Source: an uncultured delta proteobacterium
GTDB lineage: Bacteria > Desulfobacterota > Syntrophobacteria > Syntrophobacterales > Syntrophobacteraceae
NCBI GenBank assembly: GCA_963808625.1
Contig: CAWEHK010000008.1
Coordinates: 160,001-224,000 of the forward strand
Direction of reading: 5' to 3'
Length of the DNA: 64,000 nucleotides
Shown here in pieces: positions 1 to 9,909 of the stretch (positions are counted from its first letter, which is position 1; each line of letters begins with the position of its first letter). Below the pieces are notes generated by a model, which was not told the origin of the DNA, ran no database searches, and worked only from the letters and a program-made list of their open reading frames with translations. A program made the position numbers and the translations under genes.

Positions 1-393
1 GCCGGCAAGGATGGCAAGGACGGTAAAGGCCGAGAACGCAAAGATGAGCAACACGCCCACATTCATATCACGAAGGATGAGATCGGGACTGAAGGGCAGC
101 ACCAGAAATCCCACCAGCACCGGCATGAAGACCAGGACCGGGGCAATGACGAACAGCGGGCGATCCGCCGTCCGGGGCGTAATGAGCTCCTTGCCCACGA
201 GCTTGATGCCATCCGCGATGGTCTGCAGCAGTCCAAAGGGCCCCACTTCCTTGGGTCCCAGGCGGAGCTGGATGTGTCCGGCCACTTTGCGCTCCAGCCA
301 GACAAGGAAAAGAGCGTTCAACTGGGAGAAGGCCAGGACAATGATGATGCCGACGACCAATCGAATCCACTCCGAACTCACCAGATTTCCCAT
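1..393 (-). CDS. nuoH: NADH-quinone oxidoreductase subunit H (5' part; runs off the window)
   Basis: Manual translation from ATG 393: [15 protein letters not shown]...[42 protein letters not shown], the NuoH/ND1 N-terminal motif. Absent from the ORF track. Confidence 0.92.
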   Translation of the reverse strand, partial: MGNLVSSEWIRLVVGIIIVLAFSQLNALFLVWLERKVAGHIQLRLGPKEVGPFGLLQTIADGIKLVGKELITPRTADRPLFVIAPVLVFMPVLVGFLVLPFSPDLILRDMNVGVLLIFAFSAFTVLAILAG

Positions 394-430
394 ATCGTCC
401 CCTTACTCCTTACTGCATCTGCACAGAATA

Positions 431-539
431 AAGTGGCCGAGGTCCTTTCTGTCATTCCCGCCGTTGACCGGAAGCCGGAATCCAGAAAGGCACTGGATGC
501 CGGTGTTCACCGGCATGACGAGGTGTCTACCGGACACTT
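431..539. repeat. MITE/REP-like palindromic element, GTCATTCC...ATGAC family
   Basis: Nested inverted repeats gtcattcccg...ggaatccag / ctggatgccgg...ccggcatgac (451-520) inside aagtggcc...ggacactt ends. Confidence 0.65.
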
Positions 540-559
540 ACTATGCTGTGGTACTAACT

Positions 560-1681
560 TCATCGGTCGATTTCCGGGATCACCAGGTCGACGCTCCCCA
601 GAATCGAAATGGCATCGGCAACCAGCGTTCCTCGCAGCACCTCGGTCAGGACGCTGAGGTTCCCGAAGCTCGGCACCCGGATATGGCAGCGGTACGGGCA
701 GCGGCTGCCGTCGCTCACCAGGTAATAGGCCGTCTGGCCCCGGGCGCTTTCAAAGGCAACGTAGACCTCACCTTTCGGGGGCTTGAGCAATGCGGGCACT
801 TTCTCGTTCCGGTATGGTCCTTCCGGAAGCTGATCCAGGGCCTGTTCAATAATCCGGCAGCTCTGCTCCATCTCCTCCATCCGCACGTAATAGCGATCGA
901 GAGCATCACCATTGGTGCCAACCGGAATGTCGAAGTCAAAGCGGTCGTAAAGTTCGTAAGGTTCGCTCTTGCGAATGTCGAAGGCGATGCCGCAGGCGCG
1001 AAGGTTGGGGCCGGTAACGGCATACCTTCGAGCCAGCTCCGGGGTGATGACGCCCACATCGCGGGTGCGGTTGATGAAGATGATATTCTTGGTGACGAGA
1101 CTGTGGTACTCGGGAAAACGGCTTCGCAGGCGCTCGACAAAGGCCCTTGTCTGGTCCACGAATGCGCGATCCACATCCTTGGTGACACCGCCGAAGCGGC
1201 AATACGAGTAGGTGAGGCGCGACCCGCTCACCCGATCCAGAATATCCAGAATCTGCTCGCGATCGTCGAAGGCATAGAGGAATGGCGTGAAACCTCCAAG
1301 GTCCATGACGTAGGTGCCAAACCACAGGAGATGACTGGAAATGCGGTTCAGTTCGGAACAGATGACCCGAATGTATCGAGCCCTCGAGGGAACGTCGATG
1401 GCCGCGAGCTTCTCCACTGCCAGCACGAAGCCGTGATTGTAGAGCATCCCCGACAAGTAGTCCATCCGGCTCGTATTAGGCAGAAACTTAGCGTAGGTCC
1501 GGTTCTCGCCCATCTTCTCATGGCCGCGATGACCGTAGCCAACAATGGGGTCAGCCTTGACGATGTATTCCCCGTCGAGATCGAGCAATACCCTGAGCAC
1601 CCCGTGGGTGCTCGGATGCTGCGGCCCAAGATTCAGACTATAAATGTGCTCGACAACCGGTTGTCGAAGTTGCTCAGCCAT
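560..1681 (-). CDS. nuoD: NADH-quinone oxidoreductase subunit D
   Basis: NLGPQHPSTHGVLR, GYGHRGHEK, RMDY and C-terminal GSVDLVIPEIDR; no Ni-binding CxxC pairs. Confidence 0.95.
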   Translation of the reverse strand: MAEQLRQPVVEHIYSLNLGPQHPSTHGVLRVLLDLDGEYIVKADPIVGYGHRGHEKMGENRTYAKFLPNTSRMDYLSGMLYNHGFVLAVEKLAAIDVPSRARYIRVICSELNRISSHLLWFGTYVMDLGGFTPFLYAFDDREQILDILDRVSGSRLTYSYCRFGGVTKDVDRAFVDQTRAFVERLRSRFPEYHSLVTKNIIFINRTRDVGVITPELARRYAVTGPNLRACGIAFDIRKSEPYELYDRFDFDIPVGTNGDALDRYYVRMEEMEQSCRIIEQALDQLPEGPYRNEKVPALLKPPKGEVYVAFESARGQTAYYLVSDGSRCPYRCHIRVPSFGNLSVLTEVLRGTLVADAISILGSVDLVIPEIDR

Positions 1682-1724
1682 AGATGCCTTCTCGTCGCTA
1701 TGATTTCCCCATCCACCAACTACT

Positions 1725-1797
1725 CATCATTCATCCCATCACCAGCCACTAGTCACTAGCCACCAAACACCAGCCACTAGCCACTATTCACTAGCCA
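1725..1797. repeat. Degenerate heptamer tandem repeat (CCACTAG/CCACCAG-like)
   Basis: accagccactagtcactagccaccaaacaccagccactagccactattcactagccact between nuoC and nuoD. Confidence 0.7.
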
Positions 1798-2270
1798 CTC
1801 CCATAAACCTCATCCCGTTCCCGATACGCATGGATCTTTCCGAAAGTCTTCTGCAAAGGATGGTAATCCGCGTCCTCGGGCAGCAGCAGCGGTCTCAAAT
1901 CAGGGTGACCGTCGAAGGATATCCCGAAAAAGTCGTGGACTTCCCGTTCCAGCCACAGGGCCGAAGGAAAGATATCGCTTAGGGTCGGCACCCTCTGCTC
2001 GTGTCCGCACAGGACCCGTAGCGCAAAGCGCGACTTGGGTTCGTAACAGTTGAAATGGTAGACCAGTTCCGCAGTATCAAGAAAATCAAGGCCGGTGATG
2101 GATTCGAGATAGCATCCCGCCGCTTCACAGGACCTTGCCGCCTCCCGCAAGGTCTCAATGGGCACCTGCACCGACAGGGCAATGCCGGCGCGATATTCCT
2201 CGTCAACCCTCATGGCATCTTTCGGGAGTAAGTTGCGGAGCACGCGGATGATGTCATCTATTATGGCCAT
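1791..2270 (-). CDS. nuoC: NADH-quinone oxidoreductase subunit C
   Basis: WLEREVHDFFGISFDGHPDLRPLLLPED...HPLQK motif. Confidence 0.93.
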   Translation of the reverse strand: MAIIDDIIRVLRNLLPKDAMRVDEEYRAGIALSVQVPIETLREAARSCEAAGCYLESITGLDFLDTAELVYHFNCYEPKSRFALRVLCGHEQRVPTLSDIFPSALWLEREVHDFFGISFDGHPDLRPLLLPEDADYHPLQKTFGKIHAYRERDEVYGSG

Positions 2271-2272
2271 GA

Positions 2273-2797
2273 TCAGATCTTTCCTTCCAGGCGGCGAAAA
2301 CGCCTCAGCAGATTGCGCTCCTCGCCCCGGGTGATCTTGTCCTCGAGCGCCAGAAAGCCCTGGATAAGTCCCTCGGGGCGCGGCGGACAGCCGGGCACGT
2401 AAACATCAACCGGAACGATCAGGTCGGCTCCCGGAACGATGGCGTACTGTCCTTCATACTCGAAGGGTCCGCCGGAAATCGCACAGTTGCCCATCGCGAT
2501 GCACCATTTGGGGTTGGGCATCTGGTCCCAGAGCATCTGGATGGCGGAGGCCATCTTTCGGGAAATCGTGCCGGCAACGATCATCAAGTCCGACTGACGC
2601 GGCGAGGGGCGAAAGACGCCGGCGCCAAAACGGTCCAGATCGAAGCGGGAGGCTCCGGCAGCCATCATTTCGATGGCACAGCACGCCAGGCCGAAGGTCA
2701 TGGGCCAGAGCGAATTGGCTCGCGCCAGGTTCAGGACGTCGTCCAGGAGTGCAAACTGGATGACCGGCTCACCCGGCTCTATCTTTTGCGTTCCCAC
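2273..2797 (-). CDS. nuoB: NADH-quinone oxidoreductase subunit B
   Basis: [45 protein letters not shown]; probable GTG start at 2797. Confidence 0.95.
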   Translation of the reverse strand: MGTQKIEPGEPVIQFALLDDVLNLARANSLWPMTFGLACCAIEMMAAGASRFDLDRFGAGVFRPSPRQSDLMIVAGTISRKMASAIQMLWDQMPNPKWCIAMGNCAISGGPFEYEGQYAIVPGADLIVPVDVYVPGCPPRPEGLIQGFLALEDKITRGEERNLLRRFRRLEGKI

Positions 2798-3171
2798 TCG
2801 AATACTCCCTTGCACCAGGCATAGACAATGGCCAGCGATAGGATGCCGACAAAGATGACTACTTCCAGAAAATCCCTGATGGCATACTTGCCGTAGGCCA
2901 GGGCCACCGGGAAAAGATAGAGCACGTCCACATCGAAGGCGAGAAAGATGAGGGCGTAGATGTAATAAGCAACGGTAAACTGGATCCAGGCGCTCCCGAT
3001 GGTCTCCATGCCGCTTTCATAGGTTTCTTCGCGCGTGATTCCCGTGCTGCGCTTGACGATCAGCGGGGAAATGATGAGCGGAACGACCGCGAAAATCACC
3101 CCGACCAGAAGGTAGAGTGCAACAGCCAAAAAGTCAGTGAGCAGTTCTTTCGGCAGCATGCCGGTCTCCAT
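2779..3171 (-). CDS. nuoA: NADH-quinone oxidoreductase subunit A
   Basis: Three TM helices; [29 protein letters not shown]. Confidence 0.93.
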   Translation of the reverse strand: METGMLPKELLTDFLAVALYLLVGVIFAVVPLIISPLIVKRSTGITREETYESGMETIGSAWIQFTVAYYIYALIFLAFDVDVLYLFPVALAYGKYAIRDFLEVVIFVGILSLAIVYAWCKGVFEWERKR

Positions 3172-3174
3172 TTG

Positions 3175-5043
3175 CTAATCGACGCCCGCGCTTTCCACGT
3201 AAATGGCGCCAAATTTACAGTTCTCCAGGCAGATCCCGCAGCGTACGCATGCTTCTTCGTCGACGACGTGGCATTCTTTCTTGGCCCCGAGGATGGCGCC
3301 TTCGGGGCACTTCATCCGGCAGCGCCCGCACCCCGTACATTTGTCGAGATCGATCTCATAAGTGATTAACGGCTTGCAGACCCTGGCCACACATTTCTTC
3401 TGATAAATGTGCGCGTCGTACTCGTCCCGGAAATACCGGATCGTGCTGAGTACGGGATTCGGAGCGCTTTTTCCCAGCCCGCAGAGGGCCGACTCCTTGA
3501 TGCTGTTGCAGAGCTCCTCGAGCCGCTCCACGTCCCCCGGTTGACCCTTGCCCTGACAGATCCCGGCGAGGATCTCGTGCATCCGCTTGACGCCCATGCG
3601 GCACGGAACGCATTTGCCGCAGGATTCCTCGGTGAGGAAGTTCAGGAAGTAGCGCGCCACGTCTACCATGCAGGTTTCGTTATCCATGACGATCATGCCG
3701 CCGGAACCCATCATCGATCCGGCCTCTTTCAGCTTTTCGAAATCAACCGGCAGATCGATCAGCGCTTCGGGAATACAGCCGCCGGAAGGGCCTCCGGTCT
3801 GGACGGCCTTGAAGCATTTGCCGTTGGGGATGCCGCCGCCGATTTCGTACACGATTTTTCTCAGAGGCGTCCCCATGGCCACTTCGACCAGTCCGGTGTT
3901 GTTGATCTTTCCCACCAGCGAAAAGATCTTCGTGCCCTTGCTGCGCTCGGTCCCAATGCCCGCGTACCACTTGCCGCCATTGCTGATAATCATGGGCACG
4001 TTGGCATAGGTTTCCACATTGTTGAGATTGCTGGGGAGGCTCCAGAGACCCTTTTCGACGGTGTGGATGTGTTTTCCCCGAGGTTCGCCAATTTTGCCTT
4101 CCAGGGAAGCCATGAGCGCCGTGGATTCACCGCAGATAAAAGCCCCTGCCCCCCGGTTGATGTAGACGTCGAAAGTGAGCGGCGACCCCATGATGTTCTT
4201 CCCGAGCAGCCCATAGGCCCGCGCCTGCTCGATGGCCCAACCGGCGTTCTTCACGGCCAGGGGATATTCAAAGCGACAGTAGATGTAGCCTTCGGTGGCG
4301 CCGATGGCCCAGGCGGCAATGATCATCCCTTCGATCACCTGATGGGGATTGCCTTCCATAACCGAACGGTCCATGTAGGCCCCCGGGTCTCCCTCGTCGG
4401 AATTGCAGATGACATATTTGACATCGCCGCGCGCTTTCCGGCATGACTCCCACTTCACCCCGGCAGGGAAGCCGCCGCCGCCGCGACCGCGAAGTCCGGA
4501 TACTTTGATTTCGGCAATAACCTGTTCCGGGCTCATCTCCGACAGCGCCATGGCGAGGCCCGAATAACCGCCGCGGCTGATGTAATCTTCAATGTCGGTA
4601 ACGTAGTTGATGCCGGTGGAATGAAAAACCAGCCGCTCCTGCCCGGCGAAGAAAGGGATTTCACGCTCGTGAACAATCTTTGTGCCGGTTTCGGGGTTCA
4701 CATAGAGGAGGTCGTCCAGGACCTCATCGCCCAGGACCGTGCGCTCCATGATTTCGTCAACCCGGTCTGTACCCACCCGCGCATAGAAGACATTTTCCGG
4801 TTCGACCACGACGATTGGTCCCTGCGCACAAAAACCGTTGCAGCCGGTTGGTTTAACCATGTGCTCGGCGGCAAGTCCCCTGGCGTCCAGGCATTGCTGA
4901 AAGGCTTGGACCACTTGTTCCCCGCCCTGGGAGTGGCAAGCTGTCCCGGCACAGATTCGAATCCACTTCTTGAGCTTCCGGCGCCCGGCGATGGCTTCCT
5001 CTCGCAATGTTTCCAGATCCTGCACGCTATTCAGCCGCTTCAT
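3175..5043 (-). CDS. nuoF: NuoF/HydB-type FMN/NADH-binding FeS flavoprotein (long form)
   Basis: N-terminal thioredoxin-like 2Fe-2S domain (CAGTAC...GCNGFC); LRGRGGGGFPAG, NSDEGDPGAYMDR, GAFICGESTAL, ESCGKCVPCR; two C-terminal CxxCxxC 4Fe-4S motifs. Confidence 0.92.
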   Translation of the reverse strand: MKRLNSVQDLETLREEAIAGRRKLKKWIRICAGTACHSQGGEQVVQAFQQCLDARGLAAEHMVKPTGCNGFCAQGPIVVVEPENVFYARVGTDRVDEIMERTVLGDEVLDDLLYVNPETGTKIVHEREIPFFAGQERLVFHSTGINYVTDIEDYISRGGYSGLAMALSEMSPEQVIAEIKVSGLRGRGGGGFPAGVKWESCRKARGDVKYVICNSDEGDPGAYMDRSVMEGNPHQVIEGMIIAAWAIGATEGYIYCRFEYPLAVKNAGWAIEQARAYGLLGKNIMGSPLTFDVYINRGAGAFICGESTALMASLEGKIGEPRGKHIHTVEKGLWSLPSNLNNVETYANVPMIISNGGKWYAGIGTERSKGTKIFSLVGKINNTGLVEVAMGTPLRKIVYEIGGGIPNGKCFKAVQTGGPSGGCIPEALIDLPVDFEKLKEAGSMMGSGGMIVMDNETCMVDVARYFLNFLTEESCGKCVPCRMGVKRMHEILAGICQGKGQPGDVERLEELCNSIKESALCGLGKSAPNPVLSTIRYFRDEYDAHIYQKKCVARVCKPLITYEIDLDKCTGCGRCRMKCPEGAILGAKKECHVVDEEACVRCGICLENCKFGAIYVESAGVD

Positions 5044-5120
5044 GGCTTTTTCCCAGACCTCTTATCCTCGTCACTCATCTCTCAGCACAGGTCCCCATAA
5101 GTGGATGTCCGAAGTCAGTT

Positions 5121-5185
5121 CGTCATGCCGGTAAAAGCCGGTATCCAGGAGATCTTTCTGGGTTCCGGTTGTCACCGGAATGACG
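5121..5185. repeat. REP/MITE-like palindrome, same family as 431-539
   Basis: cgtcatgccgg...ccggtatccag...ctgggttccgg...ccggaatgacg. Confidence 0.65.
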
Positions 5186-5224
5186 CGTCACATACATGGT
5201 TACTCTATTGCGCGAGCCATCTGA

Positions 5225-5321
5225 ACACTCATCACTCACGACCCATCACTCATCACTCGTTACTCATCACTCACTTACTCAGCACCCAGCACTCAGCACC
5301 CAGCACTCAGCACCCAGCACT
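5225..5321. repeat. Heptamer tandem repeat (CATCACT grading into CAGCACT/CAGCACC)
   Basis: About 13 degenerate 7-bp units between nuoE and nuoF. Confidence 0.85.
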
Positions 5322-5326
5322 TCCCC

Positions 5327-5806
5327 CTACCCTTCTTCTTTCTTTCTCAGATCTTTCGCGAGTTTGCTGACCTTGTTGGGGGTGACTTCGGCGTGGGTGA
5401 TGCCGTCCACCACGACTACCGGGGCCGAGGCACAGGCCCCGACGCAATTTACCGTTTCCAGAGTTATGGCCAAATCTTGGGTGGTGTCACCAGGCCTCAG
5501 GTGAAGGTCCTGCTCCAATCTGTCGAGCAGACGCGGCGTTCCCTTGACGTGGCAGGCCGTCCCCGTGCAGACATGCATGATGGTGCGCCCCCGGGGTTTG
5601 AGGCTGAAAACCTTAAAGAACGTGGCGACGCTGTAGACCTGGTTGATGGGCATGACCAGACGCTCGGCCACGCGAGAGATGCTTTCTTTGGGCAGGTAGT
5701 GATAGCGATGATTGATGTCAAGCATGATCTGCAGGAGGGAAGCCGGCTTCGGTCCCCAGTGATCGATGATGGCGTCGACATCTTGTACGTTGAACTCCAT
5801 GCACAT
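5327..5806 (-). CDS. nuoE: NuoE/HydC-type [2Fe-2S] subunit
   Basis: YSVATFF, CTGTACHVKG, VNCVGACASAPV. Confidence 0.92.
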   Translation of the reverse strand: MCMEFNVQDVDAIIDHWGPKPASLLQIMLDINHRYHYLPKESISRVAERLVMPINQVYSVATFFKVFSLKPRGRTIMHVCTGTACHVKGTPRLLDRLEQDLHLRPGDTTQDLAITLETVNCVGACASAPVVVVDGITHAEVTPNKVSKLAKDLRKKEEG

Positions 5807-5947
5807 CCTCCATGCAGATCACAGATTCAGGGCAGTGGATCCAGTTTTGCGTGAGCGATGCTCACTAAATGCACGCCCAGATTCCTCACCACTCCCCCCC
5901 ATGCGATCCCGCTCAAACTCGTTACTCGTCACTCATCTCTGAACTGA

Positions 5948-7073
5948 TCACTCCTGCTTGCTTTGTCGAAAGACCGAAAAGATGGAGCCTTCTCCCAAGC
6001 GGCTCTGAACTTCGATCCTTCCGCCGTGAGCACGAATGATCTTTTGGGCGATCGCGAGGCCGAGACCGGTTCCCTGCTGCTGACGGACCTCCTTGGCCTT
6101 GCTTCGGTAAAACTGTTCAAAGATAAAAGGGAGCTCCTTCTCATCCATACCCAGACCGGAGTCCTCCACGGCCACCACCACCCCGTCATCCTGTACCCGG
6201 GCGCTGATGCCCAGTTTTCCCTCCGGCCGATTGTACTTGATGGCATTGGCAATGAGGTTGCTCAGGGCCTCCCGGAAGGTGTTCGGGTCGATACAGACGT
6301 CCGGGAAGTCCGGCGGAATGTCCACACAAAGGTCTATTCGTTTCTCGAGAACGCCCATTTCGAGTCCGGCCAGGGCCGCGTTTACGCACGGAGCGAGCGG
6401 GCAGGCCTGAAGGCGATGGACGATGTCACCGACCGCGATGCGGTTCATGTCCAACCAGTCGTTGATGAGCTGGAGCAAACCGTCGAGTCGTTCCCGGGCG
6501 CGCTCGATCATCTCGCGCTGCATCTCGCTCAGCCCGCCCCCGAGGTCGCTGAGGAGCACTTCGAAATATTGGTAGATGGCCCCAAGAGGGGAGCGTAACT
6601 GATGGGTCACCATGGTGACGAAGTTACGTTCCATGACCTTCTTCTCCTCGCGCAGAGACCTGGGATTCCCGATCCAGCCTTCGCTTCTCCAGGCCCCGCT
6701 GGACCACAATGACGAGTTCATCGGGCGTGAAGGGTTTGGGGAGATAGTCGTAAGCCCCTTCCTTGATCGCGGTAACCGCTGTCTCGATGGTGGCGTAGCC
6801 GGTGATGATAATGGTTACAATGTTCGGGTCGTAATTGCGGATGCGCCGGGCGACCTCCATCCCATCCATCTCCGGCATTTTCAGGTCGACCAGCACCAGA
6901 TCGTAAGGGTTGCGCATGAGCAGGTCGAGCCCCTCGCGACCGCTGGCGGTCTTCGTTGTTTCGATGCCGATCCGCGTGAGAATGCGCTCGCAGGAAATCC
7001 GGCTGATTTCTTCGTCATCGATCACAAGCACCTTGGGATAGGCGGCCACGTTGGTCCTCGGTGGAGACATCAC
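5948..7073 (-). CDS. Hybrid response regulator-histidine kinase, split by a frameshift near 6660
   Basis: Receiver (VLVIDDE, LVDLKMP, YLPKPF) joins the HisKA/HATPase part (HQLRSPL, NLIANAIKY, GTGLGL) as ...LDRESQ/SLREEKKVMERNF. Confidence 0.85.
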
Positions 7074-7202
7074 CCTTCGTGGATTTCGGCTTCCAGGCCG
7101 GGAACTGAAGTGCAGGCTAAAACACGAGCTTCAAATGCCGCTGATGAGCGAGACCGGGCGCGCAGAATTGAGGGATGTGAAGGAACTGTCCGAAAGGCGA
7201 AA

Positions 7203-7618
7203 TCACCTCTCTTTTCGGATAAGGGCCGACACCTTCTCCAGCAGTTGTTTCGGTTTTATTGGTTTGTCCATGTAGTCATCGGGTTGAGGAGAGTCTCCCA
7301 TGTCTTCTTCGTCGGCAAAGGAAAAGCGGGAGCCGGTATCGGTCTTTACGCTCGATACCATCACGACCGGGACGGCGCTGAATTCCTCGAGGTCGGGAGC
7401 GGTCCTCAGCACCTCAAAAAACTGAAACCTTCAAAGATGCTCTCCATCATGATGTCGAGAAGCACCAGTTGGGGCCGGCTTTCCTTGATCTTTTCCAGCC
7501 CCTGCCTGGCATCCTCGGCGACCACCACCTCGTACCCATCGGCAAGGAGGATCATTTTGGTGGTTTTGACGAAATCGGGGTCGTCATCTACAATGAGAAT
7601 CCTCCCCTTGGTTGCCAT
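7203..7618 (-). CDS. Stand-alone receiver (CheY-like) protein, frameshift near 7410
   Basis: ILIVDDD...LLDIMM in one frame and VPVVMVSS...DDYMDKP in the next; break at an A homopolymer. Confidence 0.85.
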
Positions 7619-7890
7619 GGCAATACCTCCAAACATCGAAAGAGGGAGTTTGCACTAATATCGAAATGCGTTGAACGAGGCGTTTCTGCGAGCGGCGGAA
7701 GCGGACTGGAGACTCAGCTTTTTTCCGGTAGCGGCATTACTACTTATCCGCTAATGGGAGGAGAGGTCAAGGCAAAAAATTCATAAGGTTTCTGCCTGGC
7801 GCCTTGCATGGCGACGGCTGCCGCCTGCTGCCGGCTCGGTAGAATAAACCGTTTTCTGCGGAGCTTTACTTAATACGCCCCCGCATAAAT

Positions 7891-8008
7891 GGGTGTCCGA
7901 ATGCCGCTCGCCATTCCCGCGTGTTCTGGCGGGAATCCAGGCTGTGCAAATTCCCTGGATTCCCGCTAAGAGCATGCGGGAATGACGAGCGGGTGGTAAT
8001 GGACACTT
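7891..8008. repeat. MITE-like element with GTGTCC...GGACACT ends and a CATTCCCGC...GCGGGAATG core
   Basis: ccattcccgcgtgttctggcgggaatccag...ctggattcccgctaagagcatgcgggaatgac. Confidence 0.7.
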
Positions 8009-8240
8009 TATTCTGCTGTGCTGTACTTAGTAAGATTACCATATGAACGTGACAAAGGAACGGCGGTGATCCCATGCAGGAAAATGCTGAGCAACACCGT
8101 GAGCACGATGATCGACATCATCCGATCATGCCCCGCGACGCCAATGTTCATAACGACTATCAACAGGTACAATATGGAGGCGATGCCACGGGGGCCAAAC
8201 CATCCGATGAAGGCCAATCGAAGGCCAGCCCAGCTTTGTC
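8008..8240 (-). pseudogene. C-terminal remnant of a CPA1/NhaP-type cation:proton antiporter
   Basis: AFIGWFGPRGIASILY...VLTVLLSIFLHGITA matches the last TM helices; no N-terminal part upstream. Confidence 0.75.
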
Positions 8241-8560
8241 CCCACAATGCCGACGGCGACAGGTAACATGCGGACAGGGGGCAAACTTGAGCCGTCAAGG
8301 ACATGAATGGAGGCAACTACGACAGGAGGCTTTTGAAAACAGAGCGCTCAATGGATGGTCGCTCCCGTGCAACATGCCTGACAGACAAGGCTTGTCCTGA
8401 TTTCCCGATCTGCTTTGTTCACGTCGGACTGATGTCTTAAAATCTTGACCTGCTCCCCTCAAACGAGGTACAGCTTGTTAGACTTCAATAGCCTGGGGAG
8501 ACTCGTTTTTTTCGAGAAGCAAACGCTGGCAACCAGTAATCAAAGAAGGAGGAGCACACG

Positions 8561-9283
8561 ATGCGTAGAAAACAGTATGGATTGGCTTCAGGACCCGAAA
8601 GATTGCTATTGACGCTGGTGGTGACCAGCCTGATCCTCGGGACGGGATTGGTGGGCTTGACCGGGTGTTCGCAGGAGGTTGCCTCCCCATCCATCCAACC
8701 GGCCGCCCTTCCCTACGGCCAAAACGCTCTGGAACCTTTCATCTCCCAGAAAACCCTCGAATTCCACTATGGAAAACACTACCGGGCCTACGTTGAAAAA
8801 ACCGTCGAACTGGTCCGAGGAACCCCGCTTGCGCCGCTCCCTCTCGAAGAGATCATGAAAAAGACGGCCGGTTCCGCCGACAAGGCAGCGATTTTCAACA
8901 ATGCGGCGCAAGCCTGGAACCACGAGTTTTACTGGAAGAGCCTGAAACCCGGAGGAAGCAAGCCTGAAGGCGAACTGCTGAAGAAGATCCAGGCGTCGTT
9001 TGGAAGCCTCGAGAACCTGAAAAAACAGCTCCTGGACGCGGCCCTGGCCCAGTTCGGAAGCGGATGGGCATGGCTGGTGCTGGAAGGCGATAAGCTCAAG
9101 GTGGTCAAGACCGGAAATGCCGACAATCCCGTTGTTCATGGGCAGATCCCACTGCTCACCATCGATGTCTGGGAGCACGCCTACTATCTCGACTACCAGA
9201 ATCGCCGGGCAGATCATGTCAAAGCCGTGATCGACAACCTCCTGAACTGGGAGTTTGCAGCGGCCAACCTGCCCAAGGCTTAG
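8561..9283 (+). CDS. sodB: Fe-superoxide dismutase with lipoprotein signal peptide
   Basis: [17 protein letters not shown] (Fe type), [17 protein letters not shown]; hydrophobic stretch ending in lipobox LTGC; GGAGGAG RBS. Confidence 0.93.
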   Translation: MRRKQYGLASGPERLLLTLVVTSLILGTGLVGLTGCSQEVASPSIQPAALPYGQNALEPFISQKTLEFHYGKHYRAYVEKTVELVRGTPLAPLPLEEIMKKTAGSADKAAIFNNAAQAWNHEFYWKSLKPGGSKPEGELLKKIQASFGSLENLKKQLLDAALAQFGSGWAWLVLEGDKLKVVKTGNADNPVVHGQIPLLTIDVWEHAYYLDYQNRRADHVKAVIDNLLNWEFAAANLPKA

Positions 9284-9321
9284 GACCGCAACAAGACCTC
9301 TTCGGAGAGCCTAAATTTTGA

Positions 9322-9384
9322 GGGCGGGCTTTCCAGCCCGCCTTTTGCCCGATTGGGCCTGGCAGGCTGGAAAGCCTGCCCCAC
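9322..9384. repeat. REP-like inverted pair (GGCTTTCCAGCC...GGCTGGAAAGCCTGCCCCAC), possible terminator
   Basis: Lies just after the sodB stop; near-identical motif at 19760-19830. Confidence 0.7.
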
Positions 9385-9509
9385 AGGTTTGACCTTTCCT
9401 CATCGGCGAGGAACAGCCATGCGGCAATGGTGGCTGGATGCGCTGGAACAGCGGGTGTGGGTTAGCTAAATCGTTGTATCGCTATGTTTTATGCAACCCC
9501 TTCAGGGTA

Positions 9510-9765
9510 GATATTCGTGTTGTACTTGGCTCCCCAGGGTGGCGCCAGCGCTGAACCCTGGGCTAATTTATGAAGCCCCTTCAGGGCAGTAAACTTAGGT
9601 TGATGCATATGCCGTGTCTCCCCCTCTCCGTATCTCCCCCCATCCCCGGGTTGATATGCGTGTTGTACTTGGCTCCCCAGGGTGGCGCTGGCGCTGACCC
9701 TGGGCTAATTTATGAAGCCCCTTCAGGGCAGTAAAGTCAGCTTGATGCATAGGCTGTGTCTCCCC
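9510..9765. repeat. Two ~143-bp-period direct repeats with a CCCAGGGT...ACCCTGGG hairpin
   Basis: gtgttgtacttggctccccagggtggcgc...ccctgggctaatttatgaagccccttcagggcagtaaa at 9517 and 9660. Confidence 0.8.
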
Positions 9766-9902
9766 CTACCCTTATCCCTGTGTCTCCCCCTCCCCTTATC
9801 CCTGTGTCTCCCCCTCCCCTTCTCCCCGCGCCTCCCCCTCCCCTTATCCCCGCGTCTCCGTGTCTCCCCGTCCCCGTGTCTCCCCTTCCCTTCTTCCCCC
9901 CC
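9755..9902. repeat. Pyrimidine-rich 24-bp tandem repeat (TGTGTCTCCCCCTCCCCTTATCCC)
   Basis: About 4 units that decay into shorter subunits; G-rich on the minus strand. Confidence 0.85.
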
Positions 9903-9909
9903 AGCCGCC

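Noticed and set aside
560..1681. Group 4 [NiFe]-hydrogenase large subunit
   Set aside because: Both Ni-binding CxxC motifs are absent; the motifs match NuoD.
11..1759. Long plus-strand ORFs (also 30200-31552, 39328-41757, 49472-51103)
   Set aside because: Antisense shadows of well-supported minus-strand genes in GC-rich DNA.
9495..9905. CRISPR array
   Set aside because: No constant repeat with unique spacers and no cas genes; these are tandem and palindromic repeats.
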